DNA from: Clostridia bacterium
GTDB lineage: Bacteria; Bacillota; Clostridia; UBA1212; DUPL01
Assembly: GCA_050951325.1 (NCBI GenBank)
Contig: JBMNIW010000012.1
Location: forward strand, 96,001 to 160,000
DNA length: 64,000 bases
Direction of reading: 5' to 3'
Under the pieces are notes generated by a model, which searched no databases, had not been told where the DNA came from, and saw only the letters and a program-made list of their open reading frames with translations. Positions 51,249 to 61,248 of this stretch are shown here, in pieces. Both the position numbers and the translations under genes were made by a program. How positions within the stretch are numbered: position 1 is the first letter of the stretch; each line of letters opens with the position of its first letter.

Positions 51249-52490
51249 TTAATTTATGTTTATTTCCACAACATCTTTCGGTGGTCTAGTTATCCATTTT
51301 CCATTTGTAAAGTCAGGTATGCTCATGGGTCTTCCCATATGCCTGATTGACTCTTCCGACAAGCAGCTTATACTCATCCATGAAGCTGCGTCGTATACAT
51401 CAATAGGCATTTCCTCGTTGTTAAGCGCAGCCTTTACAAATGCCTTGAATACAAATGCATCCATGCCTCCATGCCCGGAACTCAAATCTTCAGCGGTTGC
51501 TTCCTTCCAGATGGCTGGGAGATATTTGTCTTCAAACTCCACTGCATTATTCAGAAGACATCTGTAAGAGTCAGGAGTGTGCCAGAACTCTTCTTTGTGT
51601 ATTCCTTCTATAAATACTGTATTTGTATTTTGTTCGTAAAAACCTTTGGTACCTCTTACAGTAAAGTCTCTTGCATAGAACCTTGGCAGTGTAGTGTCAA
51701 GCTTCAAGAGGATGGTCTCTCCGTTGTTGCAGGTTATTAATGTGTGTACAATATCACCCTGCCTGAAATCAACTTCAAGAAGAGACTTGTCGAGTTTTCC
51801 TATGTTGTTTCTCACATAATCCCTAAGTCCTGCAGCTTTCGAGGCTACCGTGACAAGGGAAACCATCTTGTTTCCTCTGTTTATATTAAGCAGTTTTGCA
51901 ATCGGACCAAGGTCATGAGTTGGATAGTTGTCACAGTTTCTATGTATGTAATTTCTAAGACGGTAGTGCCTGTTCTCTTTTCCTGTAAGGATTTCATACC
52001 TCAAGTCATGAGCGTAGGCTCCCTGGCAATGTACAATTTCTCCGAACAGTCCTGCTCTTGCCATACTGGTGGCCAAAAGCTCCGCCTTGTCATAACAGCA
52101 GTTCTCCATGAACATGATAGGAGTTTTGGTTCTTTCATACGTTCTGACCAGGTTCCAGCAGTCATCTATGGAATATGCGCCACCTACCTCCAGTGCGGTA
52201 ATCTTGCCTGCTTCCATGGCGGCAGCTGCAATCTCAATGTGAGATTCCCATGCAGTGGATACCAATACCGCATCAACATCTGAGCGTTCCAGAACTTTTG
52301 TGTAGTCTGTGGTTTTGAAAGGTACTTTGCCCGTTGCAGCATTGACTTCTGCAGCTGCATTTTCTACCCTGTCCTCATATTCGTCACATACGGCGGTTAC
52401 TTCAACATCATCAATTTTCAAAAGCGTATGTTGTATTGCATGAAAACCTCTGTTTCCAAGCCCTATAACTCCCATCCTTAATTTATTCAT
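51249..52490 (-). CDS. GH109-like NAD-dependent glycosidase (Gfo/Idh/MocA fold)
   Basis: GLGNRG, ALEV, MENCCY, YAHDLR, YPTHDLGP, GHGGMD and DVYDAASW. Confidence 0.82.
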   Translation of the reverse strand: MNKLRMGVIGLGNRGFHAIQHTLLKIDDVEVTAVCDEYEDRVENAAAEVNAATGKVPFKTTDYTKVLERSDVDAVLVSTAWESHIEIAAAAMEAGKITALEVGGAYSIDDCWNLVRTYERTKTPIMFMENCCYDKAELLATSMARAGLFGEIVHCQGAYAHDLRYEILTGKENRHYRLRNYIHRNCDNYPTHDLGPIAKLLNINRGNKMVSLVTVASKAAGLRDYVRNNIGKLDKSLLEVDFRQGDIVHTLITCNNGETILLKLDTTLPRFYARDFTVRGTKGFYEQNTNTVFIEGIHKEEFWHTPDSYRCLLNNAVEFEDKYLPAIWKEATAEDLSSGHGGMDAFVFKAFVKAALNNEEMPIDVYDAASWMSISCLSEESIRHMGRPMSIPDFTNGKWITRPPKDVVEININ

Positions 52491-52745
52491 GACATTCTAC
52501 CTCCACAAAACATGTTTATGTACGTCATTTGTCAATTATATATACTTCAAGTACTAAAAACAATCAAAAAAATATTATGATTTTCAACTTATACTGTTTT
52601 GGAGTATAAAGTCGGTCATGGCTGGTTGTAACTGGTTGCTCGGTGCAATTATTTATACTCGGTACAAACTTTTATATTGAATTCTTCCATGAGTCTTGAT
52701 ATAGTTACTGGGAGCAATTTGTTGTATTTAAAAGGAGTATCATTT

Positions 52746-53645
52746 ATGGAGTTGTTTTTAAAAAGTTTTATGCATGAGCAGAATTTTCCAGAGGATGCCA
52801 GAGAGTGTTTTCTCAACCTGCACAACCGCATTGATAAAGACAAGGTTATACATGATTTGGTGTTTTTAACAGTCGATAGATTTTTTGAGAATGACATTTC
52901 TTTTAATGACCTCGACGAGTTCTTTAAGACATGCGCATTTCAGGCAGGTACTCATGAGTATACTCTTGCCATGCTGTTCTTTATGTACTGTACAAGAGTC
53001 CTTGAAAAGAAGTATTTACAAAGAGGCATTGATAGAAAAATATATGTTGATACAATGAATGACTTAAAGTGCAAGCTGATGGAATGTAGGGAGGTTTACG
53101 GTATTAACGGTACTTTTGTTGCCCATTGGTATCCACAGTTTTTTACGCTTGAGAGGTTTGCTCTTGGTAGGCTCCAGTATGAAAAGATTCCTTTCCCCAA
53201 GGAAGATTACTCAAAGAACGGATACACCGTGCGCAAGGGAAGCATTGTCTACAACTGCCACATTCCTTCATCTGGCTCTTTGACTGAGGAGATGTGTTTT
53301 GAGTCTTACAAAAAGGCATATGAGTTTTACAAAGACGAGCTTGGAGACAATCCCATGGTAATTGTTTGTCACTCATGGCTTCTCTACCCTGAAAATGTAG
53401 ACTTTTTCCCAAAGCATTCTAATATTCTAAAGTTTATGAGCCATTTTGACATTATTTCCTATGATACTCACGATTCCTTCAGCGAAGCATGGAGGGTTTT
53501 TGGCAAGAACGGTCTGCTTCCGCCTAGTGAGTGGAAAACTGAAACATCCTTGCAAAGAGCTTTCAAAAAACATGTACTGAGCAACGGCAGGACCGGCAAC
53601 GGATATGGTGTCTTGATATTTGATGGTGAAAATATTGTTAATTGA
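52746..53645 (+). CDS. Acyltransferase-like (GNAT-related, DUF5596-type) protein
   Basis: FALGRLQYE, NCHIPSSG.L, CHSWLL and TSLQR; AGGAG RBS. Confidence 0.7.
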   Translation: MELFLKSFMHEQNFPEDARECFLNLHNRIDKDKVIHDLVFLTVDRFFENDISFNDLDEFFKTCAFQAGTHEYTLAMLFFMYCTRVLEKKYLQRGIDRKIYVDTMNDLKCKLMECREVYGINGTFVAHWYPQFFTLERFALGRLQYEKIPFPKEDYSKNGYTVRKGSIVYNCHIPSSGSLTEEMCFESYKKAYEFYKDELGDNPMVIVCHSWLLYPENVDFFPKHSNILKFMSHFDIISYDTHDSFSEAWRVFGKNGLLPPSEWKTETSLQRAFKKHVLSNGRTGNGYGVLIFDGENIVN

Positions 53646-53699
53646 ACGGTCTTGAATTAACTTGAATCTATTGGTATAATTGTTGAAAATATAATAGGG

Positions 53700-53982
53700 A
53701 AATGCGATGACTGGAAACAAGTAGGTATGTTCTTTCCTTTAAGAGAGCTGTCGGTTGGTGCAAGTCAGTAGGAAAACATAGCCGAATACATTCCAAGAGC
53801 AGTGTACTGAACAGCTTTATGGCTTAGTAGGCTACAACGCGAGCACGCGTTACAGTGCTAGAGCAATTTATGCTCGCTGAGGTTGGTTTTCGTGAGAAAG
53901 TCAACGAATTGAGGTGGTACCACGGTTAATTCCGTCCTCTGACTATTGCATTTAATTATTGCAAAGCCGGAGGACGTTTTTT
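53700..53982 (+). promoter_or_regulatory. T-box riboswitch, predicted Tyr (UAC) specifier
   Basis: GA motif GCGATGA, AGTAGG, AGAGAGCTG, GGTG; specifier GAA-TAC-A at 53784-53790; T-box AATTGAGGTGGTACCACGG 53907-53925; terminator CGTCCTC...GAGGACG-T6. Confidence 0.9.
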
Positions 53983-54020
53983 AGTTCCTCCGCTAGATAT
54001 AATCAGAAAGGTGGATTCTA

Positions 54021-55661
54021 ATGATAATTACTGATTTCCTTGAAAGAAACGCCAAACTTTACCCTGACAAGATTAGTCTTGTGGAGATTAATCCCGAAAA
54101 TGAACCTGATCGTGCGATTACATGGCGAGAGTACAATTTGATTGAAACTACTTCCAGCGAAAAGTACAGAAGAGAAATGACATGGAAGGAGTTTGACGTG
54201 AAGGCAAACCGTTTTGCAAATCTCCTTCTTACAAGAGGTATTCAGAAAGGCGATAAAGTTGCAATTCTGCTTATGAATTGTATTGACTGGCTCCCTATTT
54301 ACTTCGGAATTCTTAAAACAGGAGCTTTGGCCGTTCCTTTAAACTACAGATATACTGCAGAGGAAATCCAATACTGTCTGGAACTGGCTGATGTAAAAGC
54401 GCTTATCTTTGGCCCAGAGTTTATCGGTCGCCTGGAGCAGGTTTTTGACCATCTCAAGAATGTTAAGACCATGTTTTACGTAGGGGACAATACCCCCACA
54501 TTTGCTGACAGCTTTAACAAATATGTTACTTACTGCTCATCTACTGCTCCTGCAGTTGAGCTGCTCGAAGATGACGATGCTGCCATATACTTTTCATCCG
54601 GAACCACCGGTTTCCCAAAAGCAATCCTTCACAGCCACAGGGCTCTGGTTTCTGCATGCGTTACAGAGCAGAGTCACCACATGCAAACTCACAATGATGT
54701 GTTTTTGTGCATTCCTCCCTTGTATCATACCGGTGCAAAGATGCATTGGTTTGGCAGCCTTATGACAGGAAGCAAGGCAGTACTTCTTAAGGGTGTAAAA
54801 CCGGAATGGATACTGCAAGCCGTTTCCGACGAGAAGGTAACTATCGTTTGGCTTCTAGTGCCTTGGGCACAGGATATTCTGGACGCCATTGAAAGAGGGG
54901 ATGTCTGTCTAGATGAGTACAGACTCGCCCAGTGGAGGTTGATGCATATAGGGGCACAGCCTGTTCCTCCAAGTCTGATTAAACGCTGGCTGAAGTATTT
55001 TCCAAACCATCAATATGATACGAATTATGGTCTGAGCGAATCTATCGGACCCGGTTGCGTGCATTTAGGTGTCGAGAACATACATAAGGTGGGAGCTATA
55101 GGAAAGGCAGGACATGGCTGGGAAACTGCTATTGTGGATGAGCATGGCAGGCCAGTTGCACAGGGAGAAGTCGGTGAGCTTATAGTAAAAGGACCTGGCT
55201 TAATGAAATGCTATTACAAAAATCCCGAAGCAACAAGCAAGATTCTCAAGGACGGATGGCTCTACACAGGAGATATGGCCATGCAGGACGAGGATGGGTT
55301 TATATACCTCGTGGACAGGAAGAAAGACGTTATAATCTCAGGTGGCGAGAACATCTATCCTGTGCAGATTGAGGATTTTCTCCGACAACATCCTGCTATA
55401 AAGGACGCAGCGGTTATTGGGCTGCCTGACAAACGACTTGGTGAAATTGCAGCCGCTATAATAGAGTTGAAGGAAGGGCATGCATGCACCGAGCAAGAAA
55501 TAGATGAATTTTGTCTTGAACTGCCCCGTTACAAAAGACCTCGCAAGATTATTTTTGATACTGTACCCAGGAACCCAACAGGAAAGATTGAAAAACCTGC
55601 TTTAAGAAAGAAATACTGTGTGGAACGCATTGTTGAAAAGCAGATTAAAAACGGGATATAG
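54021..55661 (+). CDS. Class I adenylate-forming enzyme (acyl/aryl-CoA ligase)
   Basis: YFSSGTTGFPK, YGLSE, YTGD, DRKKDVIISGGENIYP and PRNPTGKI. Confidence 0.93.
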   Translation: MIITDFLERNAKLYPDKISLVEINPENEPDRAITWREYNLIETTSSEKYRREMTWKEFDVKANRFANLLLTRGIQKGDKVAILLMNCIDWLPIYFGILKTGALAVPLNYRYTAEEIQYCLELADVKALIFGPEFIGRLEQVFDHLKNVKTMFYVGDNTPTFADSFNKYVTYCSSTAPAVELLEDDDAAIYFSSGTTGFPKAILHSHRALVSACVTEQSHHMQTHNDVFLCIPPLYHTGAKMHWFGSLMTGSKAVLLKGVKPEWILQAVSDEKVTIVWLLVPWAQDILDAIERGDVCLDEYRLAQWRLMHIGAQPVPPSLIKRWLKYFPNHQYDTNYGLSESIGPGCVHLGVENIHKVGAIGKAGHGWETAIVDEHGRPVAQGEVGELIVKGPGLMKCYYKNPEATSKILKDGWLYTGDMAMQDEDGFIYLVDRKKDVIISGGENIYPVQIEDFLRQHPAIKDAAVIGLPDKRLGEIAAAIIELKEGHACTEQEIDEFCLELPRYKRPRKIIFDTVPRNPTGKIEKPALRKKYCVERIVEKQIKNGI

Positions 55662-55668
55662 GTATACT

Positions 55669-55701
55669 AAAACCCCTAAGTTTTTGATTTAGGGGTTTTT
55701 T
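55669..55701. terminator. Bidirectional rho-independent terminator
   Basis: AAAACCCCTAA...TTAGGGGTTTTTT. Confidence 0.8.
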
Positions 55702-55728
55702 GTATTATATGTTTTTAATGATTAATAG

Positions 55729-56154
55729 TTAGTTTTGATTTTCTGTTTCCTCATCCTTTGGTACAATCTTGTCTATGAATGAGGCTTTCAGCTCTTTTCC
55801 GCCTATTGCATTTACCGCCAGTATGATATAAACAACTAGGAACGCAAGAGCAACAATACCGTTTAGAATGGTTGCAAAAGTACCCATTAAAACTGTCAAA
55901 CGCAAAGCTTTTGCTAATGTAAACAAGCCTGCCAACCCTCCAAAAAAGCCTGATATCAGTGCATTTATGAGATATTTGACAACCACCAATGCAACAGTTG
56001 TAACAGTGTACCTGGTTAGCCATGTGTTCTTCTCTGCTAGAACAGCATAAGCGCAAATAAGCAGAACTGCAACAGGTTGGCCCAAAGCTGCAAATGCAAG
56101 GCATAACACTGCAACAGCAGTCAGACTAATGCCAAAATTTCCTTTCTTCATCAT
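55729..56154 (-). CDS. Small membrane protein
   Basis: 141 aa with several hydrophobic helices; AAGGAG RBS. Confidence 0.7.
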   Translation of the reverse strand: MMKKGNFGISLTAVAVLCLAFAALGQPVAVLLICAYAVLAEKNTWLTRYTVTTVALVVVKYLINALISGFFGGLAGLFTLAKALRLTVLMGTFATILNGIVALAFLVVYIILAVNAIGGKELKASFIDKIVPKDEETENQN

Positions 56155-56282
56155 AGCTCATCTCCTTGTTAATTATAATTTGTCGTCCTTACATATTTTC
56201 AAGTATATAGATGCTCGAAAATAAAGCATGATATTTATTTTAATATATTGGTAAGTGTAAATCAAGGTTTTTCATGCCTTCT

Positions 56283-57560
56283 TTATGGTAAAAATATGTT
56301 TTTTGCATCTCCCACAAGATAAAGGGAACCAAAAATACAAACAATATCATCCTTTGACAATTGCCTGTACGAATAATCAATCGCATCTTCAAGAGTTGCA
56401 AAAGTCCTGCTTGCTATGCCATATTCATTTAAAACTGATTTCAATATATCTATATTTTCAGCCCGGTAGTATTGCATCTCTATCAAATATACCTCTTTTG
56501 CATTGTGTTTTATCTCTTGTATCATGGCCTTGTAGTTCTTGTCCTTCATTACGCCAAAAATATATGTTATCTTCTTATCCCTGAAGGTATCTCTTAAAAA
56601 ACCCGACAACGCCATTACTCCGTCCACATTGTGTGCGCCGTCAATTATCGTTATTGGCTCTGTATTCACCACCTCAAGCCTGCAAGGCCATTTTGCCCTT
56701 TCAAGCCCTTTATATATTGCTTCTTTAGTAATATCAAAACCCAGTTTGCCAAGGGCGGATACTGCCTCTACTGCAGTTGCCGCATTTTCAGTTTGATGGT
56801 TTCCAAGAAGAGTAATCTTTAATTCTTTCAAATTCTTGTAATCAAATATCTGGGAGCTTGCACTCCTCTCTTTTGTGACAATCGCGCTCTTGTCAACAAG
56901 AATAGGTTCAACTCCCTGATTTTCAGCATGCTTCTCAAGCACGCTCAATGCATCAATATATTTTTGCGGCGCAATAACACACATGCTGCTTTTCTTTATA
57001 ATGCATGCTTTCTCAAAAGCTATCCTTTCTATCGTATCTCCGAGTACTTTTGTATGATCAAAACCGATCATCGTGATTACAGTCAACAATGGGTTTTGTA
57101 TTACATTCGTAGCATCAAACCTTCCACCAAGACCGGTTTCCAACACTGCAATGTCACAATCATTTTTGTTAAAGTGCAGAAAGGCTACGCATGTCATTAT
57201 TTCAAACATGGTAAGGCTGTTTTTCAGTTCTTTGTGTCCGGTTATTGCTTTTTTAATCTCTGCAACGCATGATGTAAACTCATTATCATCGATATCTTGA
57301 CCATCAATTGAAAACCTCTCATTAATTCTCATAAGATGCGGAGAGACAAATTTGCCAACCTTCAATCCGGATGTTGTAAGTATTTCAGCTATGAAACTCA
57401 CAACAGAACCTTTTCCATTTGTTCCTGCTATGTGTATATGTTTTACTTTCTCATGAGGATTGCCAAGCAAACCGAGCAGTGTTTTCATGTTTTCCAGACT
57501 CATGCTGCTTTTGTTTGCTGCAAAACTCTCACAATAGGAAAGTGCCTTAAAGTAGTCCAT
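56283..57560 (-). CDS. folC: Bifunctional folylpolyglutamate synthase/dihydrofolate synthase
   Basis: IHIAGTNGKGS, SPHL, ETGLGGRFDATN, DGAHN and FGSLYLVG. Confidence 0.95.
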   Translation of the reverse strand: MDYFKALSYCESFAANKSSMSLENMKTLLGLLGNPHEKVKHIHIAGTNGKGSVVSFIAEILTTSGLKVGKFVSPHLMRINERFSIDGQDIDDNEFTSCVAEIKKAITGHKELKNSLTMFEIMTCVAFLHFNKNDCDIAVLETGLGGRFDATNVIQNPLLTVITMIGFDHTKVLGDTIERIAFEKACIIKKSSMCVIAPQKYIDALSVLEKHAENQGVEPILVDKSAIVTKERSASSQIFDYKNLKELKITLLGNHQTENAATAVEAVSALGKLGFDITKEAIYKGLERAKWPCRLEVVNTEPITIIDGAHNVDGVMALSGFLRDTFRDKKITYIFGVMKDKNYKAMIQEIKHNAKEVYLIEMQYYRAENIDILKSVLNEYGIASRTFATLEDAIDYSYRQLSKDDIVCIFGSLYLVGDAKNIFLP

Positions 57561-57649
57561 TAAATGCATCCTCCAAGCATACCTGGTAATGTTTAATATT
57601 TAGGTTCAATATGTGAGTATAGCACAACACCCCTTTTGCAGCAAGAAGT

Positions 57650-57674
57650 CAGCCCCTGCATAACGCAAGGGCTG
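57650..57674 (-). terminator. Stem-loop downstream of the multicopper oxidase
   Basis: CAGCCCCTGC-ataac-GCAAGGGCTG. Confidence 0.55.
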
Positions 57675-57711
57675 GATTGGAGGTATCGGTACATTTTATG
57701 GAATGCATTTT

Positions 57712-59280
57712 TTATTTGCATTTTCTTTTACATTTATCGGGAGGTAAAACATCCAAGGCTCTCATCATGTCATAGTCTTCATGCTCCAGTATGTGACAAT
57801 GGTATACATATCTGCCGGTATACGGAGCAAATTTCATTATCAATCTTGTTATGAATCCAGGGGGAGTAGCAATTGTGTCCTTCCAACCTGCTTCCTGAGG
57901 CTCGGGAGGCACGGGGCTTCCTGTAAACCTTATCTGTCCATTTCTGTTGTACGCATCCACATCAAAGGGTATGCGGTCAAGCACCTGGAATTGAATAAGG
58001 TGGATGTGAATGGGGTGGACTGCAGGTCCTGCGTTGAATATTCTCCATATTTCCACTTCATCAAGGATTGGAGTTTCCGTTATCCTGTCAATAAACCCTC
58101 TGTTGCTGAGCAGGAATTTAAGGCGGCCATATTTGTCAAATGATGCATCGAGTGATATATCTCGGACTACCTTCGCATCGCACTCCTTATACTTTTCTAT
58201 ATAGCTTAGGAATGGTGGGATAATGGTATCGTCATCACTCGTCCTTCTTACCACCCTGAACTCCATTACCAGGCCTGTTGTGTTAGGATCAGGGGGAGCA
58301 CCAAAATCGAAAGGAGTTCTAGCGGTGTTCCTCAGTACAATTTTTTTACCAGCTTCAATTCGCGAGAAGTCCATAATAACGTCGGCTCTTTCCGATGGGC
58401 CTATAACCAACTCATTTATTCTTACAGGTGTCTGCAAGAGTCCTCCATCGGAACCTATTTGGATAAATGGAATGTTTTCATCAAGGAGCAGTCTGTAAAA
58501 TCTTTGGTTGGATGCATTTAGAATCCTGAACCTGTATTTCTTCTGTTCCACTTCCAGATGCGGCCATACCTTTCCATTTACCGTTATGAAGTCTCCTGAA
58601 AACCCTGGAACAACCGATGGGTTTGGAAAATCAGGCGGAGGATCTTCAAGGGGTGTTGATGGATAAAACATTGTTCCGTCTTCATTGAAGGATCTGTCCT
58701 GAATAACCAGAGGAATTTCATATGTTCCCGCTGGCAGGCCCAATGCCTCTTCCTGCTCGTCACGAATAATATACAATCCTGCAAGGCCAGCATAAACATT
58801 TAATCTTGTAATTCCAATTGCATGGTCGTGATACCACAACGTGGTGGCTCTTTGATTGTTTGGATATGTATATGTTGTCTGTTTGAAGCATGGTCCTATC
58901 TGCTCACAATCGTTTGTGTACCAGGCTTCCGGATACCCATCACTGTCCGCTTCCACTTCTGCACCATGTAGATGCACCACTGTTCTGACTTCAGGCATGC
59001 CGTCATGGCAAGCATGCAGCGTATGGTCTATGGGCAGAAAGTGTTTATCAGGAAGTTTGTTAATCCAGTTTACTACTACAGTCTCACCTCTTCTTGCTTC
59101 TATTGTGGGACCAGGCACTTCGCCTTCATATCCCCAAGCGGGGGTTGGCGGAAGCTCGGAGTGAAACTGATGCACGGTAGGTTTCATAACAACCTCGTAA
59201 TATGTTGTGCCGCATTCTCTTTTTACTGGTTGCAATACTCTTGGAGTTGGCAGTGGATCTACAAATGGGGTTAAGGTCAA
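57712..59280 (-). CDS. cotA: CotA-like multicopper oxidase (laccase/bilirubin oxidase type)
   Basis: VHLHG, WYHDH, HPIHIHL and HCHILEHEDYDMMR; FVDPLP N-terminus. Confidence 0.85.
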   Translation of the reverse strand: MTLTPFVDPLPTPRVLQPVKRECGTTYYEVVMKPTVHQFHSELPPTPAWGYEGEVPGPTIEARRGETVVVNWINKLPDKHFLPIDHTLHACHDGMPEVRTVVHLHGAEVEADSDGYPEAWYTNDCEQIGPCFKQTTYTYPNNQRATTLWYHDHAIGITRLNVYAGLAGLYIIRDEQEEALGLPAGTYEIPLVIQDRSFNEDGTMFYPSTPLEDPPPDFPNPSVVPGFSGDFITVNGKVWPHLEVEQKKYRFRILNASNQRFYRLLLDENIPFIQIGSDGGLLQTPVRINELVIGPSERADVIMDFSRIEAGKKIVLRNTARTPFDFGAPPDPNTTGLVMEFRVVRRTSDDDTIIPPFLSYIEKYKECDAKVVRDISLDASFDKYGRLKFLLSNRGFIDRITETPILDEVEIWRIFNAGPAVHPIHIHLIQFQVLDRIPFDVDAYNRNGQIRFTGSPVPPEPQEAGWKDTIATPPGFITRLIMKFAPYTGRYVYHCHILEHEDYDMMRALDVLPPDKCKRKCK

Positions 59281-59521
59281 TACTATCAGCCTCCTATAAG
59301 CCTTTGCTATATGATATTAAGGATGATACTAATAAGTGCATATTTTTTCTTTGATTGCCTGGACCTTTTGGCTACGGACCAAACGGTTGTAAGCAAATGG
59401 TTGTTAATTGTTCTATTGGTTGCTCGGTACATTTTGGTATATAGGCTTTGTGATTTAATCACTTTATTTTTTTGTAATTGGTGGTACAATACTGTATCTT
59501 ATTTTTTTGGGAGTGGTTTTT

Positions 59522-60142
59522 ATGGGATCAGGCAAGAAAACATTATTTAAAACAATATTTGCGATAGTTATATTCGGTGTGTTCATAACCACCGCATACT
59601 TTGCGTATGGCTTCCTCTCGGAACGGTTTGGTCCTAAACCATTTTCATTACAACAAAACGGGGAAACAAACCATAAGACAAGCCCCGCTCCATCCGGAGC
59701 AGAAGACATTGAAGATGAGGATAGAATGAAGGCTCCTGATTTTTATGTTTACAACGACAAGGGCGAGAAGGTAGACTTTTCTGATTTTATAGGGAAACCG
59801 GTAATAATCAACTTTTGGACAACATGGTGTCCATACTGTGTTGATGAAATGGCTGATTTCAATGAAGCTTACATGAAGTACAAGGATGATGTGCATTTCC
59901 TTATGGTCAATCAGACCGACGGTGTCCGCGAGACCAAAAAAGCTGCAGAAGATTTTGTTGAGAAGGAAGGTTTTAAATTTCCGATATATTTTGATTTGGA
60001 TTTTAGCGCCTCCTATGTATATGGGATTCAGTACCTTCCGACAACGGTCTTTGTTGACTCCGAAGGGTTCTTCCATACAGGATACGCAGGACCAATAAAC
60101 AAAAGCACTTTGGAAAAACATATTAATGAGCTACTAAATTGA
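59522..60142 (+). CDS. TlpA/ResA-family membrane-anchored thiol-disulfide oxidoreductase
   Basis: N-terminal TM; APDF, INFWTTWCPYC and LPTT. Confidence 0.9.
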   Translation: MGSGKKTLFKTIFAIVIFGVFITTAYFAYGFLSERFGPKPFSLQQNGETNHKTSPAPSGAEDIEDEDRMKAPDFYVYNDKGEKVDFSDFIGKPVIINFWTTWCPYCVDEMADFNEAYMKYKDDVHFLMVNQTDGVRETKKAAEDFVEKEGFKFPIYFDLDFSASYVYGIQYLPTTVFVDSEGFFHTGYAGPINKSTLEKHINELLN

Positions 60143-60153
60143 CCAAAACCCCC

Positions 60154-60194
60154 ATATAGGTATTCATAACAGCGGCGGTTATGAATACCTATAT
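60154..60194. repeat. Perfect 17-bp inverted repeat/hairpin
   Basis: ATATAGGTATTCATAAC-agcggcg-GTTATGAATACCTATAT. Confidence 0.85.
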
Positions 60195-60225
60195 TATATA
60201 TAGACAACCATTATGGAGGCACATC

Positions 60226-60980
60226 ATGAGAATAGCGCTCATTAGAAAGAAAACTGTCAAAAGACTTCTCGTTTTTCTAGCTTTGCTAATTCTCTTTTCC
60301 ACTTTTGGTTATTTGTACTTAATCGGCATACTTCAACTAAACAATCCAAGCAAGAAAAAGTACCCAGTAAGAGGCGTGGATGTCTCTCATTATCAAGGCG
60401 ATATAGATTGGGATACTCTGGCCAATCAGGGTATTGATTTTGCGTTTATTAAGGCTACAGAAGGAAGCTCCCATGTGGATAAAAACTTTGCGATAAACTG
60501 GGAAAAGGCAAGTCAGGCCGATATTGTTATTGGAGCGTATCATTTTTTCAGCTTTGAAAGCAGTGGTCTTACACAGGCAGAAAATTTTATAAAGACTGTG
60601 CCAAGTGTACAAGGCACATTGCCTCCTGCAGTGGATGTGGAGTTTTATGGAGCATTCTCAAAGAATCCGCCTGATGCAGCTACTGTTAGGCTGGAACTTG
60701 AAAAGTTTATCAATGCCGTTGAGGCGCATTATGGCAAAAAGGTGGTTATTTATACAACCCAGACTGTCTACAGCCTTTACATAGAAAACTATTTTCACGA
60801 CAACCCATTATGGATAAGGAACGTATACTCCCGCCCGACCTTGTCCGACGACAGGGAATGGACGTTTTGGCAGTATTCCGACCGCGGACGGCTGAACGGA
60901 TACGACGGGGTGGAGACGGTTTATTGATTTGAACGTCTTCAACGGCTACCCGTGAAGAGTTTGCATACTTCTGCAGATAG
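60226..60980 (+). CDS. GH25 lysozyme/muramidase with N-terminal TM (frameshifts in the last ~70 nt)
   Basis: GVDVSHYQG, IKATEG, GAYHFF, VDVE and FWQYS; out-of-frame IDLNVFNG tail. Confidence 0.88.
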
Positions 60981-61248
60981 TGCGAGCGTGACAATCGCAA
61001 AGCATCTCCGTAAGAAAGGTGTACGGAGATGCTTTGTCGTTGTGTCTTGGTGCTCGTTTGCTGCACGGTGCAATTAATTATATATATCCAGCCATGATAC
61101 AGAAAGACTTGTACGACAATTATGGCTACGTTGATTATAAATGTACCGAGTGCAGCCATTTTGTTTTTGTTCTTCCAGTTATGAATTGCAAAGGTTACTA
61201 GGTGGTAGTGCAAGAGAAACAAGCAGTATGATGAAAATATATTTCATA

